From the IMG/VR virus record IMGVR_UViG_3300020073_000092: 64,000 bases of DNA, one strand, 5' to 3'. The notes beneath the pieces are model-generated. The model did not search any database. It saw nothing but the letters and a program-made list of their open reading frames with translations, and was not told the origin of the DNA. Source of the DNA: an uncultured virus (IMG/VR IMGVR_UViG_3300020073_000092) (Duplodnaviria > Heunggongvirae > Uroviricota > Caudoviricetes). Each line of letters starts with the position of its first letter. Within the stretch, counting starts at the first letter, position 1. Below, piece after piece: positions 43,175 to 51,534 of this stretch. A program made the position numbers and the translations under genes.

Positions 43175-44653
43175 ATGGTTACCGCAAATTTACCAGATAG
43201 ATTTTATATATACGGAGCAGGACATCATGCTAGAATTTTTATGAGCTGGCTTCGAGTATGTAAGATGGAAAGCCGAATTAAAGGATTTATTGTGTCACAA
43301 CTTGCAGAGGGGCAGGAGGAATTCTGTGGTTGGCCTTTAAAGTGCCTCAAGGAAATGGTATCTTCTTTACGCGGCGAAAAAGTATGTGTTGCCATATCCG
43401 AAGCAATATCATTCGGGGTAAAGGATAATTTAATTGCAGTGGGAGCTGAAAGTATTCAACTTACGGATAAGCAAATAGAAAACATGGAAGAAAATGTGTT
43501 TTCGTTCTTTGCATCAAAGGAAAACCTTCTTAATCAAGTTGTGGTTTGGAATTACTGGGGCATGGGTTATTATGAGCAGTGCAAATATATAGTAGAAGAG
43601 TTACATAGACGTGACAAGAGTATAAAGGTTTACTGGGTAATAAAGGAATTGGTCAAGGCAGATTTTCCAGAATGGGTTATTTCGGTTAAATTTGATTCAT
43701 ACGAATACTATGAGGTTATGAGTAAATCTAGAATTCTTATAACAAATGTTAATTCACCTTGTAGTCCAAGGTGTAAACAGAGTTATCAATATTATATTTT
43801 TACGTGGCATGGAATAGGTCCGACAAAAAGGGTAGAATGGGATAGTAATGAATGTAGAGCAGCAGTTGGGTATGATAAAAAAGTTATGAGTGATAGGTGG
43901 AATGCTGCAGATATAATGATAGCTGGTTCAGATTTTTGCCATCATGTATATAGAAATGCCTTCCTTTATGACGGAGTTATTGAAAATTGGGGGTATCCCA
44001 GAAATGATATTTTTTTTAAGGAAATATCGTATAAAGATGAGATAAAAAAGCGGTTTGGCATTGAAAAAGACAAGAAAATCATGCTGTATGCCCCTACCTT
44101 CCGCCATGAATTGATGAAAAGCAAGGATGCGGACAGACTGAAAGAGATATACGATATTGATCTGTCTATGGTTAGTAGAGCCGCGGAAAAGAGATTTGGT
44201 TCGAAATTTGCTATTCTTTATAGATTTCATCCTTTTGTCTATAGCTTCGTTGACATAACAGCCTACAGGCAATATGGCATAGATGTGACTTACTATCCGG
44301 ATATGCAGGAACTGCTCACGGCAACCGACATCTTGCTTACGGACTACTCTTCTTCCATGTGGGATTTTTCCTTGACACGAAAGCCTGTTTTTTTGTGTTA
44401 CCACGATGCTGAGGAGTACGAGGCTAAATATAATGGCTTTTATATATTCCCGGATGAATATCCATATCCTAAGGGACATAGTACAGAAGAGCTTTGTCAG
44501 GAGATAATGTCCTTTGATGATAAAGAGTATCAAAAAAGGCTTGATGGCTGGTTTGAAAGATTTGGTACATATGATGATGGGAAAGCTTCAGCACGTGTCG
44601 TAGATAGAATTTTAGATGTATTCGAGCATCCTGCCAAGTATGGTAAGGAATAG
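43175..44653 (+). CDS. TagF/TarF-like CDP-alditol phosphotransferase
   Basis: TWHG, GYPRND, YAPTFR, FHP and TDYSS motifs. Confidence 0.9.
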   Translation: MVTANLPDRFYIYGAGHHARIFMSWLRVCKMESRIKGFIVSQLAEGQEEFCGWPLKCLKEMVSSLRGEKVCVAISEAISFGVKDNLIAVGAESIQLTDKQIENMEENVFSFFASKENLLNQVVVWNYWGMGYYEQCKYIVEELHRRDKSIKVYWVIKELVKADFPEWVISVKFDSYEYYEVMSKSRILITNVNSPCSPRCKQSYQYYIFTWHGIGPTKRVEWDSNECRAAVGYDKKVMSDRWNAADIMIAGSDFCHHVYRNAFLYDGVIENWGYPRNDIFFKEISYKDEIKKRFGIEKDKKIMLYAPTFRHELMKSKDADRLKEIYDIDLSMVSRAAEKRFGSKFAILYRFHPFVYSFVDITAYRQYGIDVTYYPDMQELLTATDILLTDYSSSMWDFSLTRKPVFLCYHDAEEYEAKYNGFYIFPDEYPYPKGHSTEELCQEIMSFDDKEYQKRLDGWFERFGTYDDGKASARVVDRILDVFEHPAKYGKE

Positions 44654-44659
44654 TGTGTT

Positions 44660-46198
44660 ATGGAGGACCAAAGTATCATGGAAGTAAATTACATTGTAGT
44701 TCAGGCTGGTGGCCTTGGCACCCGTTTGGGTAGGCTGACGCGCAATCGTCCCAAGGCTCTAGTGCCGGTGTTGAATCGACCGATTGTGTTTCATTTGTTT
44801 GAACGATGGCCGAAGTGCAAGTTCATTATCATAGGCGATTATAAATATGAGGTTCTAAGCCGTTATCTGCAGGCTTTTGCTGATGTGGACTATCTGTTGG
44901 TCAAAGCCGAGGGCAAGGGCAATGCCGCGGGAGTGGCAGAGGGGCTTCGCTATATCCCAAAGGGTGAGCCTTTTTTGCTGATGTGGTCTGACTTGCTGTT
45001 GGACGAGAGTCTTGCCCTGCCGGAACTTCCAGCTCCTTGCTATGTAGGGGTATTGGATAATTTCCCCTGCAGTTGGCGTTTTCGAGAGGGGATGATGGAA
45101 AAGGCTCCGTCTGAAGGAAAGTCTGGCGTGGCTGGCTGTTTTCTTTTTGATACTAAAGGAAGGCTTCAGGGATTACCTAAGGAGGGGAGCTTTACCAAGT
45201 GGCTGACGGAAAGCAATATTCCTTTACAGGCGTGGAATTTGAGGGAAACTGCTGAGGCAGGCACAATTGAAGCAGTAAGAACCATAGACCCGGGCACAGC
45301 TCGTTGTCGTCCTTACAATCATATGGAGTTTACCAAGGACTGCGTCATAAAGACAGGGGTGAACGATGAGGGACGGAGGCTAATTGAGCGTGAGGTTCGC
45401 TGGTATAAGGCTGTGGCGGCCTATGGCTTTCAGGCAGTACCAAGGATTTATGTGTATGAACCTCTTACCATGGAGCGCATAGATGGCGAAAATATTTTCC
45501 TAGTACAGCTTTCTGAGGAGCAGAAAAAAAATGTTATAGATCAGTTGGTGGAGATGCTGGATGGGCTGCATAAGTCGGCACGACCGGGGCCGGATTATTT
45601 CGGCTTGGAGAAGGATTACTACAGCAAGACCATCAAGCGGGTGCAGGGAATACGTGATGCTATTCCTTTTGCCGACCAGCCCTATATCAATATCAATGGC
45701 AAGCAGTGCAGAAATGTTCTGGCGTTCCGTGATGAATTCCAGCGTGAGATACATGACTTTCTGTTCGATGCAGAGTATGGCCCCATTCACGGCGATTGTA
45801 CCCTGACCAATACTATGATTGATAAAGATGGTCATATTTACTTTATTGATGCTCGAGGTTATTTTGGTACCAGAGAGATTATGGGGGATGTTTACTACGA
45901 CTGGGCCAAGATCTATTATTCTCTGGCAGGTCGTTTTGACAGGTTTAATATTAAGGACTTTGATCTGGAAATCACGGAAGATGGGGTCAAGTATGAGATT
46001 GCCAAGAGCGGCTGGGAAAACTTGACCCAGTATTTTATTGATAAGATCCCGGACTGCAATGTGGCGAAACTCCAGCTTATCCATGCCATAGTCTGGATTT
46101 CCCTGGCCAGCCACTGCTGGGAGGATTATGACTCCATGTGTCTGGCGTTTTATAATGGCCTTGCTTTGTGGCAGGCTTGGCAGGAGGAAAATGCATGA
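44660..46198 (+). CDS. Nucleotidyltransferase fused to an APH/choline-kinase-like phosphotransferase
   Basis: QAGGLGTR..PKAL at the N-terminus; HGDCT..N, FIDARG and YDWAK at the C-terminus. Confidence 0.85.
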   Translation: MEDQSIMEVNYIVVQAGGLGTRLGRLTRNRPKALVPVLNRPIVFHLFERWPKCKFIIIGDYKYEVLSRYLQAFADVDYLLVKAEGKGNAAGVAEGLRYIPKGEPFLLMWSDLLLDESLALPELPAPCYVGVLDNFPCSWRFREGMMEKAPSEGKSGVAGCFLFDTKGRLQGLPKEGSFTKWLTESNIPLQAWNLRETAEAGTIEAVRTIDPGTARCRPYNHMEFTKDCVIKTGVNDEGRRLIEREVRWYKAVAAYGFQAVPRIYVYEPLTMERIDGENIFLVQLSEEQKKNVIDQLVEMLDGLHKSARPGPDYFGLEKDYYSKTIKRVQGIRDAIPFADQPYININGKQCRNVLAFRDEFQREIHDFLFDAEYGPIHGDCTLTNTMIDKDGHIYFIDARGYFGTREIMGDVYYDWAKIYYSLAGRFDRFNIKDFDLEITEDGVKYEIAKSGWENLTQYFIDKIPDCNVAKLQLIHAIVWISLASHCWEDYDSMCLAFYNGLALWQAWQEENA

Positions 46199-46572
46199 AG
46201 GAAAATTTAAGGTTGTCCACCTTGGGGAAGACCTGGATTTTTGATTTTGATGGTACCTTGGTGGAGCACAATGGCTATAAATGTGGTGCTGACCATTGGC
46301 TACCGGGAGCCAAGGAGTTTTTGCAGGGACTCCCGGCAGAAGATTATGTGTTGATCCTGACAGCTAGGGAGGAGGCAGCTCGTAAGGCAACGGAGGATTT
46401 CCTGAAGCAGGAGGGCATACGCTACGATGATATAAAATTCCAGATACCCATGGGGGAGCGTATCCTTTTGAATGACAGCAAGCCATCAGGACTGAAAATG
46501 AGCTACAGCGTAGAGTGCAAGCGCAATGAAGGGTTACTAGGATTGAATGTCGAGATTGATGAAGATCTATGA
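46195..46572 (+). CDS. Small capless HAD phosphatase
   Basis: FDFDGT, LTAR and ND motifs; AGGAGG RBS. Confidence 0.85.
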   Translation: MKENLRLSTLGKTWIFDFDGTLVEHNGYKCGADHWLPGAKEFLQGLPAEDYVLILTAREEAARKATEDFLKQEGIRYDDIKFQIPMGERILLNDSKPSGLKMSYSVECKRNEGLLGLNVEIDEDL

Positions 46573-47996
46573 GAAGAATATGGCGGTTGGTATTGGAAGG
46601 TGAGATGATGGAGTATAGGGAGATAAGTGGGAAGAAATTGTCTAATGATGAACTTATCCTTAGGCGAAAGGTTCGGAAGGAAGTAGAGAAAATATCAGAA
46701 CAGATTCCTCTGGCCAGCAAGAAAATATATGCCATGGGTCGCTTGTCGAATGCTGATATTCTGGATGACATACTACATGATTATCACAGCAAGGTTGAGG
46801 CCGTGGTTGATAATAACAGAGACAAGGTAGGCCTTCATGCCTATGGGAACAAGATATTTGATATTGTGACACCGGAAGATTTCTGGAGTCAGAACTGCGA
46901 AGAAGTAGTGTTGCTGATATTCTCTTTCCGTTTTTGGAGTGAGATGCGTGAACAGATGATACGCAAAGGCTATGTGGAAGGTAAAAATCTCTTCGTTATC
47001 AACATGCTAACCGCAGAAAAAAAACTGGCATTCATAAAAGCTGGAGTGAAGCTTTTGCAATCCTTTGAGGAAAAATATGGGGAAGATGTATTTATCTTCC
47101 TTCTTCACGGGCCTATTGGGGACAATTTCCTGTTTTACAGTTTCCTGCCATATTATGTCCAAAGGGAAGATATAAAGAATCCTCTTTGCATTGGCACTGA
47201 GCTGAGTAGGAGGATTCATAGACTATTTGGTCTTTATAATTTTGAGGAGGTAACCAAAGAACAGATTTTCTCTTTGGAGTACCTGTATATGTTCTTGGGC
47301 AATGGCAATCATAAATTCAAGATTTTGCAGATATGGGAATTTGACTTCCATTTCAATAGATGCTGGATAAGATTCAGGCCCGGTTTCACCTTCATGGATA
47401 CCTTTAGGAAGTATGTGTATGCTCTGGAGGATAAAAAAACGCCTTTGTTGCCTGCTTTTGCGGAATGCGACCAGCAGGTGAAAGAGCATTTCGGAAGACT
47501 AGGTTTGCACCCAGGGCTAACCGTTATTATTGCACCTTTTGCCTATTCTATAGTCGCTCAGCCTCCGAAGATTTTTTGGCAGTGCCTAGTGAGCCACTTG
47601 CGGGAAGCAGGCTATGATGTGGCGGTCAATGCCCGCACTGAATATGAGACGAACTTCCTGTCAGATGTGCCGGTCATGTCTTATGAGTTAAGTGATAGTC
47701 TGGCTTATTTGGAATACGCCGGTGCCTTTGTCAGCATGCGCAGTGGTTTTTGCGATGTCACCTCTCAGGCCAAGTGCCATAAGGTGATTTTATATCCTGA
47801 GTATAAAGGAATAGATTATGAGAGGCATCGTTCTGATATATATTTTGGTGGTTTGAAGAATATGGGGCTTTGCAACGATGCCTGGGAATTGGAGTACAGG
47901 TATTATGAAGGCATCGAAGAAGAAACAGCCTATTGGGAAAGTTTTGCCGAGCAGATTGTGGCTGGATTGAAAGAGGACAATAAGGTGGTTCATTAA
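46569..47996 (+). CDS. Hypothetical protein, putative GT-B-like transferase
   Basis: GPIGD, IIAPFAYS and MRSGFCD motifs; paralog of 48554-49840. Confidence 0.55.
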   Translation: MRRIWRLVLEGEMMEYREISGKKLSNDELILRRKVRKEVEKISEQIPLASKKIYAMGRLSNADILDDILHDYHSKVEAVVDNNRDKVGLHAYGNKIFDIVTPEDFWSQNCEEVVLLIFSFRFWSEMREQMIRKGYVEGKNLFVINMLTAEKKLAFIKAGVKLLQSFEEKYGEDVFIFLLHGPIGDNFLFYSFLPYYVQREDIKNPLCIGTELSRRIHRLFGLYNFEEVTKEQIFSLEYLYMFLGNGNHKFKILQIWEFDFHFNRCWIRFRPGFTFMDTFRKYVYALEDKKTPLLPAFAECDQQVKEHFGRLGLHPGLTVIIAPFAYSIVAQPPKIFWQCLVSHLREAGYDVAVNARTEYETNFLSDVPVMSYELSDSLAYLEYAGAFVSMRSGFCDVTSQAKCHKVILYPEYKGIDYERHRSDIYFGGLKNMGLCNDAWELEYRYYEGIEEETAYWESFAEQIVAGLKEDNKVVH

Positions 47997-47997
47997 A

Positions 47998-48528
47998 ATG
48001 ATAGACGAGAAAATGCTGGAAAGTCATATCCAGCTGGCAGAGAAAGGCAAGCTGGTCTGGCAGGAAATAGATGTTGCCTTCGATGCAGATTTATATATCT
48101 TGTTCCCACATGTAGCAGATGTTTATAACTACTATGCCTTGCTGCATATGGAACAGTATTTGGAGACCAAGGGATCAAAGAAAGTGGTGCTCTTGTTCAG
48201 TGAAGACGTCATTGCCAAGGCATTGCCGCTGTTATGCCAACGGGCGGTGCTGACGCACGAACTCAGCAGTGCAGATATAGATGCCTTGCTGAAGTATTAT
48301 GCTCTGTTCGAATTTACATCCAGGCTGACTATTGTTTCCCTGACGCGACCTTATGATACTTGTGCGGAAAATCTGCTGGGGGTGCATGGTGTGACCAAGG
48401 AAGATTTGTTGTGCTATGATATTTTTCATTTTACAGGAACACCACAGAAAAGTGCCCCCATATATGATGGTGATGATAAGGACATCATAGATTTTCTGGC
48501 GCTAGGTGAGCAGGTAATGAAATTGTGA
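47998..48528 (+). CDS. Hypothetical protein resembling the middle domain of the flanking paralogs
   Basis: Long ORF tightly packed in the operon. Confidence 0.6.
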   Translation: MIDEKMLESHIQLAEKGKLVWQEIDVAFDADLYILFPHVADVYNYYALLHMEQYLETKGSKKVVLLFSEDVIAKALPLLCQRAVLTHELSSADIDALLKYYALFEFTSRLTIVSLTRPYDTCAENLLGVHGVTKEDLLCYDIFHFTGTPQKSAPIYDGDDKDIIDFLALGEQVMKL

Positions 48529-48553
48529 TGGCAGGAACATTGGAGGCTGAGCT

Positions 48554-49840
48554 ATGAGACCAGAACTGGCTGAAGAAATAAAGGAATGGCTCTCAGCCTG
48601 GGACAGCCGTAGCAGGATCTTTATAATTGGCAGGCTGGAAGATGTGGGAGAGATTGTGACATTGCTTCGTTCCTGCGACTTGGAGCCTGCCGGTATTTTG
48701 GATAATGACAGCGTCAAATGGGGACGATGCTTTATGGGGCTGACTATTTCTTCTCCCAAGAAGGCCTTGCTTCCCAATGATGAAAACATCCGCATCATCG
48801 TGCATTCCCCTAAGTATTGGGCAGAGATATTGCGGCAGTTTGAAGGCTTCGGCTATGGGGAGGGAGAGCAGGTCTTTGTGTTGGAACGCCCCAGTCCGGA
48901 GAGCAACTGGCGGGCTGTGCGGGCAGGGCTGGCATTATATAAGAAACTGCGGCGGGAGTACGGCCAGCGCAAGATATTTCTGGCGGACGGGCCGTTGGGA
49001 GACTATTACCTGCTGGGGCTGTATTTCCATACTTATTGTCAAAGTAATGGCATTTCCTCCTATCTGATGGCGGGAGCTTCGAAGGGATTGAAGAAATTAT
49101 CTCCATATTTTGGCATCGAGCCGGTGGTCTCCCTTACCCAGGAGCAGTCAAACAGCCTTATACAGGCCTGGACTTTTTTCGGAGAGGATGTGCTGGAGCT
49201 TTTTCCACTGACCCGCTGGCAGGGAAAATTCCGATTCAATCCGTCGCTGTTGCGTCTGAGCCACCATTGCACTTTTATGGATACATTCAGGTGTTTTGCC
49301 TATGGATTGCCCTCAGATACGCAGCCCTGTCATCCCCAGTGGCAGGGGGACAGGGAGGCTGTGGAGCGATATTTGCAGTCCAGGGGAGCAAAGCCTGGGC
49401 TGGGAGTGCTGCTTGCTCCCTTTGCCTATTCGGCGCAGATTATGCCCTGGGCCTTTTGGCAGAAACTGGCTTCGGTTTTGCAGGAAAAAGGCTATCAGGT
49501 ATTCATAAATGTAGCAGGTGCCGAGGAACAGTCAGACATTGAGGGAGCTTCAGTCCTGCGCTTTGATTTCCCGGATACCATTCAGGCTATGGAATATCTG
49601 GGCTTAGTCATAGGCACTCGCAGCGGTTTCTTTGATGTGACCTGCCAGGCAAATTGTCATCGCATAGTTTTCTATCCATCCAAGACACCGGGGCTAGTGC
49701 CCTGGCATCACCCGGACATTGAGTTCTGCGGGCTGGAGCGGATGGAGCTGTGCGCAGGGGACGAGAAATTGAAAGAAATAACAGTAGACAAGGAGCAATC
49801 CTTGGCGCAGCTATTAAAAGATATTGAAGGATATTTGTAG
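48554..49840 (+). CDS. Hypothetical protein, putative GT-B-like transferase
   Basis: GPLGD, LLAPFAYS and TRSGFFD motifs; GGAGG RBS. Confidence 0.55.
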   Translation: MRPELAEEIKEWLSAWDSRSRIFIIGRLEDVGEIVTLLRSCDLEPAGILDNDSVKWGRCFMGLTISSPKKALLPNDENIRIIVHSPKYWAEILRQFEGFGYGEGEQVFVLERPSPESNWRAVRAGLALYKKLRREYGQRKIFLADGPLGDYYLLGLYFHTYCQSNGISSYLMAGASKGLKKLSPYFGIEPVVSLTQEQSNSLIQAWTFFGEDVLELFPLTRWQGKFRFNPSLLRLSHHCTFMDTFRCFAYGLPSDTQPCHPQWQGDREAVERYLQSRGAKPGLGVLLAPFAYSAQIMPWAFWQKLASVLQEKGYQVFINVAGAEEQSDIEGASVLRFDFPDTIQAMEYLGLVIGTRSGFFDVTCQANCHRIVFYPSKTPGLVPWHHPDIEFCGLERMELCAGDEKLKEITVDKEQSLAQLLKDIEGYL

Positions 49841-49872
49841 GCGATAAGAATTTAAAGAGATGAGGGACGCAT

Positions 49873-50733
49873 ATGCTGGTATTGGAACCTATTGTGCATG
49901 AAACTATTTGGGGCGGGCCGCGCCTGACCCCTTTGACCACCACCGGGGAAACGCAGATAGGCCATCTGTACTCCGTTTATGCCAGGAAAGAACTTTCCAA
50001 CAAAATCTTGAATGGAATGCATGCGGGCAAGACTTTGCAGGACATGCGGCCAGATTTTCCACTGACCATAGCTTTGACGGAAGCAGATAAAGACCTCAGC
50101 TTGCAGGTGCATCCAGATGATGATGCGGCACAGAAGATGGAGCAGATGGCAAGAGGCAAACGGGAGTCCTGGTATTTTCTGGAGGCTCCTGCAAGTGGCA
50201 TTCTGGTGAATGGTTGCTGTCTGAAGGACATGGAAACTATCCGCACCCATGTGGCACAAAATGAATATGAGGGCGTACTGGACTACTTGCCTGTGACGGT
50301 AGGCGACTATGTGTTCGTGGAGCCGGGCACTCTGCATGCGATATCTGCAGGCAGCCTGGTCTATGAGATCGAGCAGGGGGCAGATTTCACCTATCGCTTC
50401 TATGACTATGATCGTGTGGATGCCCAGGGCAGGAAGCGAGAACTGCATACGGAAAAAGCCTTGGCCTGTCTGCACCCGGAACTGAAGTCTGTGGTCAGGC
50501 AATACCAGGAGGGAAGCCCCATAGTAGAAGCAACCTATGCTACGCAGCTTCACCACGGTTTGAATGGCTATGAGAACAAGCAGGATAAGGAAGTCTGCTT
50601 CACTTTGCTGAAGGGGCAGGGGAAGGCTGACGGAATTGAACTGCGTCCCGGTATGACGGTGATTCTGTCTCCAGAGGAAAAGGTTGCTGAACTTGAAGCT
50701 CGGGAAGCCATGACTGCCTGGCTGACGATTTGA
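49873..50733 (+). CDS. Type I phosphomannose isomerase-like cupin
   Basis: IWGG, LSLQVHPDD, ESWY, GTLHA, EIEQ..D.TYR.YDY.R and RELH motifs. Confidence 0.88.
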   Translation: MLVLEPIVHETIWGGPRLTPLTTTGETQIGHLYSVYARKELSNKILNGMHAGKTLQDMRPDFPLTIALTEADKDLSLQVHPDDDAAQKMEQMARGKRESWYFLEAPASGILVNGCCLKDMETIRTHVAQNEYEGVLDYLPVTVGDYVFVEPGTLHAISAGSLVYEIEQGADFTYRFYDYDRVDAQGRKRELHTEKALACLHPELKSVVRQYQEGSPIVEATYATQLHHGLNGYENKQDKEVCFTLLKGQGKADGIELRPGMTVILSPEEKVAELEAREAMTAWLTI

Positions 50734-50745
50734 GGAGGATTTGCT

Positions 50746-51411
50746 ATGCCACGTAAACATAGGATAGAATATTGTGCTTCCATGATGTGTGCAGACTACG
50801 CCTGCCTGCGGGATGAGGTGGAAGCTTTGGAGAAGAGCGATATTGACAGTTTTCATATTGACATCATGGATGGCCGCTTCGTGCCCAATTTTGCCATGTC
50901 TCTGAATGATATGGCTTATATAGCCTCAGCTACCCAAAAGCCGCTGGATGTGCATCTGATGGTAGAGCACCCTGTAAATACGGTGGATTTGTTCCTACGC
51001 AAATTACGCCCAGGAGATACAGTATATATGCACCCGGAGGCAGAGTATCATCCGTCTACTACTTTGCAGAAGATTATAGATGCAGGCATGGTGCCAGGCA
51101 TTGCCATAAATCCGGGTACCAGCGTGGCCACGGTGATGGAGATGCTGGTCATTGTGAAGAAGGTTCTGGTGATGGCGGTGAACCCTGGCAATGCAGGTCA
51201 GATGTTCCTGCCGTATGTGAGCAAGAAGGTCAAAAGACTGCTGAAGCTGAAGGAGGAGTATAAGTTCAAGATTTACTGGGATGGTTCTTGCGGTATGGAC
51301 AAGATAAATACCTATGCGCCACAAGGGGTGGATGGGTTTATTCTGGGGACGACTATCTTGTTTGGGAAAGGGAGGCCGTACGGGGATATTTTGGCAGAGT
51401 TGCCGAGATGA
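50746..51411 (+). CDS. Ribulose-phosphate 3-epimerase family (Rpe/AlsE-like)
   Basis: HIDIMDGRFVPN, DVHLMV, MAVNPG and DG motifs. Confidence 0.9.
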   Translation: MPRKHRIEYCASMMCADYACLRDEVEALEKSDIDSFHIDIMDGRFVPNFAMSLNDMAYIASATQKPLDVHLMVEHPVNTVDLFLRKLRPGDTVYMHPEAEYHPSTTLQKIIDAGMVPGIAINPGTSVATVMEMLVIVKKVLVMAVNPGNAGQMFLPYVSKKVKRLLKLKEEYKFKIYWDGSCGMDKINTYAPQGVDGFILGTTILFGKGRPYGDILAELPR

Positions 51412-51534
51412 GTGCGGACAGGTGGCAGGAAAGGCTGGGCAGTGTAATGAACTGGCATGACAGCGATGTTAGAGCTGAGGTCGCAGGTAAAAAATGATGC
51501 TTGACAAAAGGCACTACATAACAGGGAGGAAAAC

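Noticed and set aside
49852..50856. 334-aa minus-strand ORF and other long antisense ORFs
   Set aside because: Shadows of well-supported plus-strand genes, with no recognisable motifs
51501..51530. sigma70 promoter at TTGACA upstream of the PHP-ATPase
   Set aside because: No -10 hexamer at 16-18 bp; that position is the RBS
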